64,000 nucleotides of DNA from Chrysomallon squamiferum (Eukaryota; Animalia; Mollusca), in contig CM022673.1 in assembly GCA_012295275.1 (NCBI GenBank), positions 27,962,001-28,026,000 on the forward strand. Direction: 5' to 3'. The notes beneath the pieces are model-generated. The model searched no databases. It was not told the origin of the DNA and was given only the letters and a program-made list of their open reading frames with translations. Below, piece by piece: positions 50,648-63,255 of the stretch (positions are counted from its first letter, which is position 1; every line of letters starts with the position of its first letter). A program made the translations under genes and the position numbers.

Positions 50648-53600
50648 GCAACAGCACCAGCAACACCAACAACAACAGTAACAACAGTAATAAATAGGCA
50701 GTTAAAAATAAAAATACAACTTAAAATATTTTTAGTGTCTTTGGACAGCAACAAAAACATTAATACAGACACTGAAATAGAACTTTTCTATTCATAAACA
50801 CAACCTCACACAGACCCCTTTCAATCACCCAAACAATATATATATCTATCTATAAATATATATATGTGTATAGATATATATCATCACCAATGTATCAACA
50901 GTATAATTCAGTTGAAACCCTAATCTCTTCTGAGCAATTTCATCATTCTGAGACGTGTGCTTGTTATCTGTTCTGATGCATCATGATGCTATCTTAATAA
51001 TTGATTGTGTTTACAAATACCATATGTTATGGCCGTTTCTCATCATATTCATATTTTTCACAGAAGAATGCCACACGAGTATACCTTCTGCTAGGAAATC
51101 TGTCTCTGACTATCCAAAACAGTGACAGAATAATCAATACGCTTAATTCATATGTATTTGTAAGATAATTGAAAATTGGCAACCATCGATAAAAAAAATA
51201 AAAAAATAGTGGTGTATATTTCACTATATTGATCCGATATAATTTTCTGGACATTAAAACTGATTGTTCAGGCCAGCAACATTTACATATATCAAATCCA
51301 TTCCATTAAATGACTTTTTTTTTTTCTTTTTTTTTTATTCTGTATTGATCTATTAAAAAGTTATCACTGGGCAAACACTGCCTGAAGTTTCCATAATCAT
51401 TCCTCACTTTGAAGTCTCAAATGGAAGCTTTGTTTTGGTCTTTGAACAGTGAAAAATATACTGTCAATTAATTCTGACTAAGTATGAAATTGTGTTTCCC
51501 TCAATGCCCATGTATTGATTTCCAGATTTATATCTTTAATATCCACAAACGCTTTCTGATAACAAACACATTAATCAAACCAGCATTGTAAAGTATATAT
51601 CAGTACGTCATATGCTCTAATAATTATTGTCTTCTATTGTGTGGGTCTCTTTATCGTGTGTGTAATTTTCCATAAAACCAATTACTGTTTATGAAAAAAT
51701 ATTGAATAACTCAAGTGTTTATTTTCGTTAAAATGCTTATGAATAATAAAACTTGTTTCTTTCATATTTACAAAGCACTCTTTATCATTAACAGATATTT
51801 ATTTTGGGATCCTTTTAATATTTTAATGCAAACACTGTAAAAGTCACAAAAGAATTATAATAACACCTTAATGAAAGAGAAATCACATAATAAGACAGTT
51901 TAAAAATTAATTAACTCCAGGGTCTAAGTAATTGTTACTGATAAATAACACTTTTTGAGATCTTTGCACATAAATGAAAATTAATTAATCTGATGAAATG
52001 TGTTTAGATTACGTACGTAGGCTTAATAACAGTTAATATGTTCATGAGTCAACTCTGCCAAGTCTAATAAAGAATAAAATGTGCGTAAGACTACAAAAAT
52101 GTTTTATATGAGAACAGTATTTTTCTAAAAGTCTATCTATTTCATTAACAGAACAAGAAAACACTAAAATGTCTATCTATTTCATTAACAGAACAAGAAA
52201 ACACACATACACACACACAGATATAGACAAATATATAATCTTATTAAAGTAAATTTCATAAATTCGGTCAACTATTGCATGAGCCATGTGTGAAATAGAA
52301 AGCAACGAATTCAGTTTTATGTAATTATGGCTATTTAGCTATATTTTTACAGGTTTATTATCTTATCAATACAGCGGAAGACATTGATTTCATACAAGAG
52401 TTTGGTGTTTTGGCATATGCTACCTATTATTACATTTTCATCAGATTACTGTATGTTAGCAGAAATCACTTCTGAAAAGAGAATAGATTAACTTTATAGA
52501 AAAAGAACTAGTTCACAAAACAGGTAGCTGAATGATTAAATATGTGACAAATAAAAGAGTTCATATATAATAGATAAAAAGCAATTACAGCAAAATGTTT
52601 GTACAAAATATATTAAATGTTTCAATAGACATACATATATATTTTAAAAATAACTGAAATGTGCTTATATATAATATTCTTTTATATTTTAAATATAAGA
52701 AATCGTTATAAACAACTTATTCCTAATATAATAAATAAAGAACAAAAAAGAAAGAAAAAAAAGGGAAAATGTTATAAACAATTTATTCCTAACATAATAA
52801 ATAGAAGGAAAAAGAAAAAGAAAAAACTGTGCACAGTTTTCAGAATATAATAAAAATGTATAAAATGTTATAGCGCTACAGCAAAAAAATTATCATGTTT
52901 ACTTTAGATAACGAGAGCTGTATATCTGAGAGTCAGAACAATGCAAACACAAGGGACAGCCAGATTTATTAAATTCTTCATGCCACATGCTATTTTCTCT
53001 CTACAAGCAGCTACTAACAACTGATTGATCGTCTCACCACTGAACAAATAGTTTGTTCAGACTGAGTCAATGCTGTGCAACATGCCACACCACACAACAC
53101 TTATTACAGGACCTAACTAAGGTGCAACAAATCAAGCAAATGGAAAATACCTTACAAAAAATAAATGCAACGATTAACACATAAACAAAGAACAACAAAT
53201 AAAGGAAATCATTAAAGAATGGAGATAGTAATTTAGGTGAAACAGAACATTTTCAAATCTTTATAACTGAAGATAGAGAATAATTACATAATTTTTAAAA
53301 TGTTTATCTAAGAGATATCTGTTGAGTTTTTAAATAAACATTTTCAAATAAATGTTATAATTGTTAATAAATGTCTTTAACATGCTTTAATGAATTTTTT
53401 AATAATTACTGTTTTTTAAATGATGACTGGGCAAAGAACAAAGAAAGAAAGACATTTGCTGTCATGTGCAGTTAGCAATGACCTTTTGTAAGCATTTGAA
53501 CAACGACAGGAAACCACACTCTGGATGTGATAAACAAGCTATAAATAGATGTGTATATAGATACAGAGACACAGATATGTAGATACATACATAGATACAC

Positions 53601-55617
53601 ATATCGACACATGTGCACACATACATATGTATGATCACACACACACACAAATACAAAACAAATATTATCACGACAAACGAATAACTGACCTACCTTGATT
53701 TCCCTTTTAAAACGTTCAACATTTTTTATGTTTGTCACATCGTCAAAGCCGTACATTAGGACCATGGCCTGAAAAATGTTGTCAAGAAGCTTGGACAAGT
53801 GGCAGTCATCACTGTTGTCATCTCTCGTAGCCACTATTAAGGTTATGCTGCAATTAAATTAATTAAACAAAGTTTCCGTTTGTTGCTGTATAAATAAATA
53901 TTTATGTATACTAAATCAGTTCTAACAAATTTATTAAAGAAGGGGGCCATGTTATAAATAATTTATGTTAATTAGTTGTGACACGTCTGTGTATAAAATA
54001 CCTTGATGTATTCACAGCTAGTGTAATACTATCATTTTATGACATGGGAAAACTCTGTAAAGAAAGATTAAGTAGTTCCAGTTGAACAGATTTGTTTGTT
54101 TAAATTGTTCTTAGCTAGATGCTAATGGATTAATCTGTCATTTATATTACTGCTGTTAATCCAAATGAACAATGATGTAGGTACCTGTTGTGAAACACTT
54201 TCCAAACGATCTTCGATCCATTTGTTGTTGTTGACTGCAGTGTCACACCATGGTTGTTAGCAAACATATGGACAGCATTTAATGAACCTATCACTGGAAA
54301 AGGAAGCTGCAAAATAAGAAGTAATAAATAAAATAATATTATTATTAGTAGTAGTAGCAGTAATAATAGCAGCAGCAGTGGTAGTAGTAGTAGAAGCAGC
54401 AGCAACAAAAACCAACAACAACAGAAAATAAGAAAAGAGCATAGATGTAGCAAGGTTTGTGGTTATAACAAAGCAAACTGTAATGACTAAATATTTTATG
54501 CTATGAAAATACTGATAATAAAATTTAAATTATCATAATAGTATATTTTTTATAAGATATTTATTCTTTTATTTAAATAGCAACATTAAAATTCAGAGAT
54601 TCAGAGAAACAAAATGTGAAGAGAAGAATTCAATTAAGCAGTTTCTCAAAGCTTATCAGTATTATGTTAGTTTCAACTCTGCAAAAATGTACACATCTCT
54701 CTCTCTTCTCTCTCTCTCTCTCCATGCTTATACATATATAAACTGTTAGCCACAGCAAAAGAATCAGTATTAACATAGAAAGATACAAATTATTGATAAT
54801 CCACAGATATATAAAAATTACTATAATATAAATCAGAACCTGAAGACATTCTCTTATGTAGTACATATACAGTAGTAATAAAGACTTCCTTGCATCCTTA
54901 AAGAAAATTTTTATTTAAATATGTAGGTACTGATTTTGCTTAAAATATTTAATAAATTACCAAAGAAAAAATAACAAATTTTAACACAACTTTATTAGTT
55001 TATAAATTAAACATTAATATAATTTGGTCCATATATTTTTTTAATAATAATTAATGGATGTACAAAATTATTACAAATTGTTTTCTGTGTCTGAGAAATA
55101 AGTAATAACATAATGAGTTAAACTTAATATAATTTATATAGTCAGAGGCCTAAAATGGTTCATAATAATTGTGTGTAAAACTTGTTTATGTATATATATA
55201 TACATATATATTGGATTTTGACAGGTAAGCATATTAATATTGCGGTTTTTTTTTTGTTTCTTCCTTTTCCATTAATATTATAATTTATAAGACCTCCGAA
55301 GGCTTAGGATGTTCTAGATTAAAAAAATAATAACTGTAAAACTGAATCTTTAAAAAAAAAAAAAAAAAAAATTGGTTGTGGCACTGAAAAGGCAAGAAAA
55401 CAACGTTCGACACGGCAGGTTCTCGATTACATCGGCTCAAGTTGTATAAACATTTTGCATATCATTAAATTCATTAATTAGTTTAAAATCTGCTTAGAGA
55501 CATAGTTGGTTTATCCGTATCTGTAAAGCAATATCTTACAGGTTTTAATTCCCCCTTAGAACGAGTGAAAATAGGAACACCGCCTGCAGCTGTCAAACAC
55601 ACCAAGTATACCGCCAT
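26233..55617 (-). CDS. FUZ: Protein fuzzy homolog (CPLANE, tri-longin); complement(join(26233-26290,26848-26980,[27783-27922 problematic],28492-28571,29139-29242,29633-29728,30669-30866,32385-32495,53694-53847,54185-54306,55540-55617))
   Basis: MAVYLVCLTAAGGVPIFTRS, LPFPVIGSLNAVHMFA, NVERFKREIK, VATKKWW, RDFPVFLP, VPHRL and GPTPTL match Fuzzy family motifs. Introns are GT-AG with consistent phases except exon 9. Confidence 0.92.
26420..26660. repeat. ~29-bp tandem repeat (ACAATTCTGATAATATTATGTAACGTAAT), degenerating rightwards
   Basis: Two near-perfect and several diverged copies. Confidence 0.75.
26848..26980 (-). CDS. FUZ: FUZ exon 10 (PAEFCHTPVETYIVTDTHKCYALESGQHQIFVLYSPSIPTFAMR)
   Basis: TAG acceptor, GTAGGC donor. 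Confidence 0.88.
26982..27350. repeat. (AAC/AAT)n compound microsatellite abutting the FUZ exon 10 acceptor
   Basis: Direct reading. Confidence 0.95.
27783..27922 (-). other. FUZ: FUZ exon 9 region, apparently frameshifted and insertion-disrupted (EKNMPRERRREILRSWYKKV ... TYMTV/SSVEGSDTG)
   Basis: TAG acceptor at 27923 and GTGGGC donor at 27782 bracket 140 nt, which is not a multiple of 3. The first frame hits TGA at 27843-27845. Confidence 0.7.
28395..28491. repeat. 23-bp tandem repeat (GTACAAGTAATGAAACACACACA), about 4 copies, at the start of FUZ intron 8
   Basis: Direct reading. Confidence 0.85.
28492..28571 (-). CDS. FUZ: FUZ exon 8 (FIVVNKDTHRCLCSVHSASGQDIRQS)
   Basis: CAG acceptor, GTACTG donor, ends in phase 1. 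Confidence 0.85.
29139..29242 (-). CDS. FUZ: FUZ exon 7 (VNRFWKPSCESLKSVSQLHPRNFPTSLYLDDNILG)
   Basis: AAG acceptor, GTGGGT donor. Confidence 0.85.
29633..29728 (-). CDS. FUZ: FUZ exon 6 (VPHRLMTFQL...GPTPTLAELQQE)
   Basis: CAG acceptor, GTATTA donor. Confidence 0.9.
30669..30866 (-). CDS. FUZ: FUZ exon 5 (NFLDAFAEAAES...KWW...RDFPVFLPQLSPT)
   Basis: CAG acceptor, GTAAGT donor. Confidence 0.92.
30888..31270. repeat. (AAT)n microsatellite with a degenerate flank
   Basis: Direct reading. Confidence 0.95.
32385..32495 (-). CDS. FUZ: FUZ exon 4 (VCFQLIDTLLEDTSLLTFSDLTNAVDVIAAPENSVLQ)
   Basis: CAG acceptor, GTGAAA donor, phase 0-0. Confidence 0.88.
45988..46105 (+). mobile_element. Degenerate tRNA-derived SINE head
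   Basis: GGATGTAGCTCAGTGG (A-box-like) followed about 45 nt later by GGATCAATC (B-box-like). No intact cloverleaf. Confidence 0.5.
49185..49296 (-). mobile_element. Degenerate SINE central domain (Meta/MESC-like)
   Basis: Minus strand reads ATCAGAGGTATG...GATGAATATAAAAGGAATCCTTGCTG, resembling the core I recall from invertebrate SINEs (GGTGCATATAAAAGATCCCTTGCTGCT). Confidence 0.45.
52131..52203. repeat. 41-bp-period tandem duplication (GTCTATCTATTTCATTAACAGAACAAGAAAACAC x2)
   Basis: Direct reading. Confidence 0.85.
53694..53847 (-). CDS. FUZ: FUZ exon 3 (ITLIVATRDD...NVERFKREIK)
   Basis: CAG acceptor, GTAGGT donor. Confidence 0.9.
54185..54306 (-). CDS. FUZ: FUZ exon 2 (LPFPVIGSLNAVHMFANNHG...WKVFHN)
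   Basis: CAG acceptor, GTACCT donor. Confidence 0.9.
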
Positions 55618-56560
55618 TTGTAAACAATCCGTACGCGTGCGCACCACGTCCAGAAGACGATATTTTCTTTTACCGAGAACTCCCGTCGTTACATCGGCCA
55701 GTTCCGTGAAATTCGTGGAAACATACGAAAAGAGGCGAACACTCTTTAGTAGTTTGTAAATGGCGCTGTGGTCCGAATGGTTGTAACCAGCTGTCAAATC
55801 ACTTGAAGACATTTGGGTATGTATGCTTTCTGTCATTTTTTTTTGCACGTTGCCTATGTATTTATATTACATTGTTGTATCATTTGGTACATTAGAAACA
55901 TTTTTGTCGATGCTGTCATTTCCGCATTCTTGCATAATACACTTTCGGCACGTGCGCTTTCTGCCTTTCCATTGTTTCCGTAACTAGAGTTTACACTAGT
56001 TATGGAATCGAAATGTTACCCACTGTGCAGAGATGATTAATGCATATGATTACTGTTTTAGCAAGCAGCCTGTGGCAGATTAAGTATTTAAGAGGAAATT
56101 TTAAAAAATGTCGTAATCTTAATATGAGATGGTGCATCGCAGTAGTTCGTGACTCAATTTTAAAACCCGCGAAACGATAACAAAGCCAAAGGTATTACGC
56201 TATGACAATACCGATAGTAGTAAAAAAACAGAAACGTTTGTATTTCATACATGATATATTTATATGTGTGTACATGCGAGTTAGTGCTAATATCGATCAA
56301 GTTAAACAGGCGAGAGAAAACATCGCCAAACTCAATCACAATCTTATCTCTTTTTTTCGTATTTTTCCTTTCTCTTCTCCGCATCGTCACTTTTTATAAG
56401 CTTCGAAGTTGCGGGCTTTATCACAGATTTGCCTATTTTTAGTGCTAAGTGCTATCTACGACGTAAGGTTTCTAGATGAATGGAATGGGCCATTGATTAG
56501 TTTGTGCGCGCTCGTCATGTACCTTTGTTTGAGCGCGTGCTCTCGTGCTCCGATATGCTT
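55400..56560. promoter_or_regulatory. CpG-rich promoter region of FUZ, likely bidirectional
   Basis: Markedly higher CpG density than the flanks, spanning the FUZ ATG. A + strand donor-like GAC|GTAAGG lies at 56463. Confidence 0.6.
55540..55617 (-). CDS. FUZ: FUZ exon 1 (MAVYLVCLTAAGGVPIFTRSKGELKP)
   Basis: ATG 55617, GTAAGA donor. Confidence 0.9.
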
Positions 56561-57722
56561 ACATGTGTGATAAACACAGCCCATCATCACTTTCTTCAGA
56601 GAATCTATGTGGCATTTTGACTCATCATTCCCATTATTTTAATTGATTGAATTTCGACTTGGCCTGGCTGATGACTAAGGGAGCACCACCAGAGTACTTA
56701 CAAGTCTTTGTGTAATGTGATTGCTGCATCCTTTGTTCCCCTCTCTCAATTGTCTTTTGTCTGTTAAATACTTGCTGATTACCTAGGAAATTAAATTCTG
56801 GAGAATTCTGCCATTGTGATAGTAACTGTTTGCTTTAGCACTGTAAACATTTATTTTTATTTAATTGTTCATTTATTATTTTTAATGTAAAATGTTATTG
56901 CACAGAATAAAAAATTAAGAAATCTGTAGTAATAATAATAATAATAATAATAATGTTTAGATAAATCTGTTTTTATGGATAGTAATTGTAAAAGTGTTCT
57001 TGTGAATATTTCATTTGAAAGATAAATTAAAAATTATTGTTTGTAATCCATTAGATTTTCTTTTACCATTATTTTTTTTTCCTTTTTGTAATATATATAT
57101 ATTATTACCATTTAAAGTCATTATTATAATAATGATGGTGATAATTACAGTGGTATATGAGTAAATAAAATGAAAAACAAACATATGGCATATACATAAA
57201 ATAAATTTAGGCAGACATTTAAAAACAAAAATTTGTTTTTTTTGTTTTAAAGAATATTTATTTATAACATTAAAACATGTTTGATAGATTTATTGTTTAA
57301 TATACAATGTCGTTTTAAATGCAATTCTTCATTAACAAATTTGAATAAATGTCTTGATATATTTTTAAAATATTCGAAGTTAGTTTAAAATCTGTATATA
57401 AAACTAAAATAACATAATGTATAAGCAAATCATTATTTCCTGGATAATATATATTAAATTTATTTAAATATTTTTGTCAAAAATATATTTATATATTTAT
57501 GATACTTAATTCTTTTCATATGATAAATTTCAGGAATATTTGATTTTAAAAAAATGTAAGAAAACCAGGATAAAATTATTTTATTTGCCATTTTTTTTAT
57601 TATTGCAGTCTTCATTTTAGAACTTCATCTTATGATTTAATGTATTCTTATGCTATAATTTAAAATGTTTCTGCTTCATTTTCATTATTATTATATCATA
57701 TCACAATTATAATCATTATATT

Positions 57723-57772
<50 letters not shown>

Positions 57773-59120
57773 TATTATTATTATATTAAAAAGTAAGACA
57801 TTTTCTTTATATGAATAACACACAGAATTGTACAGACACAAAGATTAAACAAGGATGCATGCACGCACGCACACATACACACAGGAAAAAAAAAAAATAC
57901 TGGTATCTATATATAATGATAATGTAGAGCACTGTTATTTGTCATATATTGTAGAAATAGTCTACACAGACTGGATTTGTTACAATAAACTAGAGATGCT
58001 ACTATACAAAATAAAAGGAAAACAAAATGTAGGTAGCACTAACATATATAGTATTTAATATATAAACTGATGACCTAGTAACTGTTAATTCTTAAAAATT
58101 GTATGTAAATGATACAGAATTTAGTCATGTTTCTAAAAGAAACAAGTATATATTATTTTAAACAATACTTTTATTTTGTTTGTGTAAAAGAAATACTTGT
58201 TTGGTGATAATAATGGAGACACAGCGTGATAATGTACTGAAATAAATGAAAGATAATTTAGTAAGTTTCTGAATCATTGTGGTCAGTCATGCAACATTGT
58301 TTTCGGTTTCTTCTTTGTTTTGTTGCTGTACAACAGCGTTGGTAAATACCTTTATAAATACACCTTGTTGAATAATCTACAGATTTCCAGGATATTTATG
58401 ACAAATGACAGTTAGTTCTTCTGTTGTTTGACACAGTTCAGTTAAAAAAAAAAAAAAAAAAAAAATAGCAATGATTATAATAATTTTGGGTTATTTCTCA
58501 CAACTAAAGGAAAATTATATCTGTAAATATGTTTGTGTATGTGTGTGTGTGTGTGTGCGTGCCTACCTATATGTTCATGTTAAAGTCATTAGGTCCCTCT
58601 CTCATTATTCTGCTAAAAACTTACATCATATTCTTAGATATCTTGTAATGTGTATTCTGTTTCTCATGGTTTTTAACATAATTCTTTTCTTCTTTTTTTT
58701 TTTTACTTTCAGCAGTTTAGAAAAATCTTGCATTTAATTATTTAATTTTTAATGAACTTGTGGAAATAATTTACGAATCAAACTATGAGGGACAAAGATT
58801 CCTAGGACATGTCATTTACGTGATATATTTTGGAAATTTTAAAATTTTATTACTGGCTGCCCAGTTTCATTAATCATGTGATTGCCCAGCTTAATAATGC
58901 AATAGTGAGTCAGCCAGTGGTTGCATTGTGGTGTCCTGTTGTTAATAATATCACTGATGGATGCTGGTAGGTCATGAGTTGTCACGGTTTTTCTCAACTG
59001 TAGGTAATTTCAGACTGTCTGTTTTCATTAACTCATTGTCCAGGTTAATAACTAACCTTTAAGGTATCCTGTTTTTGTACTGATTTTAAATTTATTTCTT
59101 TAATAATTTTGTTTTTAAAG

Positions 59121-59152
<32 letters not shown>

Positions 59153-60645
59153 GGTTCAAAATTTTATAATTTTATAACATTTTTTGATTATCCAATAAGT
59201 AAATGACTGGCTTAACAGTTTAATCATTTCACTGATTGCCCATTGTGGTCTTCTTGTTGTTGGCCTTTTTTTTAGTTTTTAAGTTTGATTATTAGTAGTT
59301 TGTCACATTATTTTGAAATTCTTTTAATTTCAAACTATTCATGTCAGGATGCTGAATAACAAGAATTTAAATCATTGAAGGTCTTGGCTTCTTTTTCTTG
59401 AATTTTTTTACCATAACAAGTGTGATATGAAAAAGTGATTCTGAAGTTTCTATAACATTTACCCTGGTCTGCTTATATAATTATTTATTATATCTTTCAT
59501 CCACCCTATGTTTGAAATAGAGATTTTCCACTTTATAATAAAACTTAATAAAATAAAATAGTTGCAGGGATACCACAGGACATCACATCATTTTAAAACT
59601 GTGTACAATAATTTCAAAAGATTCACCTTCATCGTTAACCAACTAAATGAGCCTGGTTATGAGTCACCCTGTGTTGGGACATTTTTTTTTTTTTTTTTTT
59701 TTTTTGGTGCATAATAAGTCTAATATGTGCAGGTATGTGCCGAGCTGCTGTAGTAGTCGCAGCCGTCGATTGTGTGTGTTCAGCATTTCCCCTTCACGAG
59801 AAGCAAACAGATCTATCCTGTTTACCGGCTTGTAGTCAGGGATATAGACATACTTCTGCAGTTCAATACGGAAAACACCTGGCTACTCCACTCTCTGCGT
59901 TGCTCTTCGCCAGTAGATGTCATGTTTGCCTGTTGACTTCTCCCGAGAAATTTGGTGCAAACATAAGAAAGAAAAAAAAATATCGCTGTGACTTTACCCC
60001 CGTCGATTTCGCTGACATCGTCCCCCCCCCTTACATCGGTGATGTTGTGCGGAGGTGGCATAAACATGTGACAGTTAGTCTGATGAATGCATGCAAACAA
60101 TATAGCATTGTTGATAGTTATGTCAACAAATAGACATGTTAAACAGTCTTTGAACTTTTAAATAAATTTACATTTGAGTCCAGATCCTTTTTTTTTTTTT
60201 TTCCTTTTACTTTCTTTCTTCCTAGATGTCTTTGTTTTAAGTGCACAAGGAAGGTTGGTTGGTTTCCTTTTAGTTTTATTGTACAATACACTTAATAAAT
60301 TGTTGACATAGAGCAAGAAGTAAAAACAAATGTACCCACAACATTATAAAGAAATGTAACTGTCCTACCCATAATACTTACAAAACAACTTACTTTCTAC
60401 AGTTAAAAGAGGGCTATAGATACAAACTGTTTACTCTCAAATCTTTAATAAGTGATAGAAAAGATGCCACTAACATTATGTAGATGATATACTATGAGGA
60501 TAATTACAGCTTAATGTAAGTTCACCCAGAGTTTATTTTTTGTTCATAAATGTACTGAAAGTTTTTGTTATTTTAATCTTTACAGCATTAAATAAATTTT
60601 TTATTAACTTACCTTATTAAATTGATTTTCCCATTTTATTTTAAT

Positions 60646-60689
<44 letters not shown>

Positions 60690-61193
60690 TAGTATTGAGT
60701 TTTTTGCTGAATAAAATACAATTTATATATATATATGTAGAGAGAAAGAGATTTTGATCAATGTGCAGTTTACATACATATATAAAACTGTTTTCTTTCT
60801 TTCTTAACTACTTTCGTCTAGGTAATTGTGCATGTATATAAGTAATCCTGATATAACAAATGATCCCATGTAAGTGTATTGTTAAGACAGAAAAAAACCC
60901 ATAAGTTCCATCTACCCCCCCTACATCAGTACTTTGCCCTAGATAAACCTATATTTAAAAACAGGAAATACATTCTTAATATAAGTGATTTACGAGAAGT
61001 TCAAGTATTTGTTATCAGATGCGTTGGTACAGGCTGGGTAGATCTGTTTATAAGTGGTTTATCTCGCGTAGTAGTCACTATTATTTTAACAGCTTTCTGA
61101 AATACATTATCAATTTGAAAAAAAAAAAAAAAAAAAAAAAAAAATTAAAATAGGCAATCCCTTACAGGGGGAAACAGTATATATGCCTGACCC

Positions 61194-61233
<40 letters not shown>

Positions 61234-62465
61234 AAAGAAATTCTCTTTGTGTTATCGGTTTAGTGCATACAGCCCTTTTACAAAGCCCTGTTACTGGAAT
61301 CAGCCAATATGCTTTGAGCTTTGACTGTTATTCGCCAGGTGTAGCGTACTGCGTTTTGAAATGTATATGGGCTTTCTTATCTACCGTATGTTTGGTTACA
61401 CAATGAACTTCCTGTCCAGAGAAGAGAACTTACAAATAATATAAAAAAAAAAAAAAATTAACAAAAAAAAAAAAAAAATAAAGGATAAATCTAGCAAGTT
61501 AAATCAATATATATGTTCAGCGTGGTGCTTGACAAACAAACACTTGATGGCAAGATAGATTAATACATCAGCATATTCATCTGGCTTAGATGCCAATCAG
61601 AAGTAGTAAGCTACATCGAAGGCAGCTGCGTACATTGGTTATAATTCAATTTATTCATGTAATATTAATGTGATGTTTGTGCTGGCTTTACCTCTTTGTT
61701 CGGCTGTTATCGGCACACATCTATTTATTATTACTCACTGTCAGTGAGTTACGATTGGAATTGGACAACAGTTGGGTAAGTTAGATATGTAGATTTTTTT
61801 TTTTTTTTTTGTTATGTTATAATTGTGTGTGTGTGTGTTTATATATAAGACTGATGTAATATTATTATGTTTTAATTATGGTGTGTAGGCTTTTCATTAT
61901 GTTCTATAAGGAATATGTGGTTTTATATGTGTATATGTGTATATATATGTTGTTGTGTGTGTGTGTGTGTGTGTGTGTAAGGAATGCTTCTTTTTTTAAA
62001 AATCTTTTATTATGTTTTAAAGTTTAATTTGGATAAAAGTCAGTAATAGATTGAAATTACATAGCAAGTTTTTTTTTTTCCTATTATCATTATATTGTTT
62101 GTAGTTCTGGTTTTTTTAAAATTATTATTTCAATTTATTTGTTTTTTGTTTATTGGGTAATATAATATGAATATGATACAGAAAAAAAATATAAAAGTTG
62201 TGATAATTCATATATTTTTATTATTATTTTTTTTATATTTTTAATAATATAAATAAAATGTAAACATTATTATAAATTTCTTTTTTATTTTCTTTATTTG
62301 CATCTTTGTTTCTTCCATTACTTTATAATAGAATTTACAAATAGTTTTGTATAAGACAGAGAGAAAGAGGTGTTTGAATTGAATTCCGTGATATATGTTT
62401 TTTGTCTACCTGGTAATGTAATCTGCAACTTATATCAGTCTGAGTAGAATATTTGGCTGAGTGGG

Positions 62466-62732
62466 ATGGGCCGAGGTCGTTACTCCTCACTGAACGGTTT
62501 TAGTCATCTCCCATTTCATCTGCAGCTAGGACTCAGTTTTACCCCTGTTTCTGGAAAGGCGAATATAAAAAAAATATCTTGCTACATGTATAAAGACGAT
62601 CACCATAATTTGGCAGCAATAGGTTTCCTTTGTTCTGGTGTGGTCGTTAACCGTACAAATTTCATTACTTGATGATTAATAAACAACATTTAATGTGTTG
62701 AGTGTGTTATTAACAAAAAATATTTCCTTCCT
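62466..62732 (+). mobile_element. Degenerate SINE body and tail (Meta/MESC-like)
   Basis: CCTGTTTCTGGAAAGGCGAATATAAAA...TCTTGCT core, GTGTGGTCGTTAACC, and tail AATGTGTTGAGTGTGTTATTAACAAAAAATATTTCCTTCC. The core resembles the 49.2-kb relic. Confidence 0.55.
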
Positions 62733-62995
62733 GTTGTATCACGTCTTAAGACAAAAATCAAGAAATAATTGTGTTAATCACATGTATAGATTTTTTTTCT
62801 TCATCTTTGACTCTTACTCCAAGTGTTTAAATAGCTGTTGACTCAATCCATAAGTTGTTGTTTGAATCCTGCAGCAGTACAGAGAAGTCATTTGTGTAAA
62901 TAGTTTTTATTGTTGTTGTGGGAAGTAACTAAAGATCATAATACAGATTGATTAAAAGATGGTATTGATTTTTTAAAAAAGTAATTGTTAATGTT

Positions 62996-63035
<40 letters not shown>

Positions 63036-63213
63036 AGTGTTATATATATATATATATAATTTCCTGTTTTGGTTGAATCTGTATATTAAGATATTGATTT
63101 AGTTCAAGAATTGTAAGTAAACTGGACACCTGTCACTACATGAGAAACATATTTTTCATTTATATTGTATAAGTAATTTGTGATACAAATATTTATTTTG
63201 ACTCTATGTATGT

Positions 63214-63255
<42 letters not shown>

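Noticed and set aside
32496-53693. Nested protein-coding gene or known miRNA cluster in the large intron
   Set aside because: No chain of phase-compatible exons and no recognised conserved mature miRNA sequence found by eye; a computational search could still find one.
55618-55848. In-frame upstream extension of FUZ exon 1 in the ORF track
   Set aside because: Starts at a non-canonical codon and shows no Fuzzy similarity; ATG 55617 has good context and matches the family start. Upstream in-frame ATGs exist, so it is not fully excluded.
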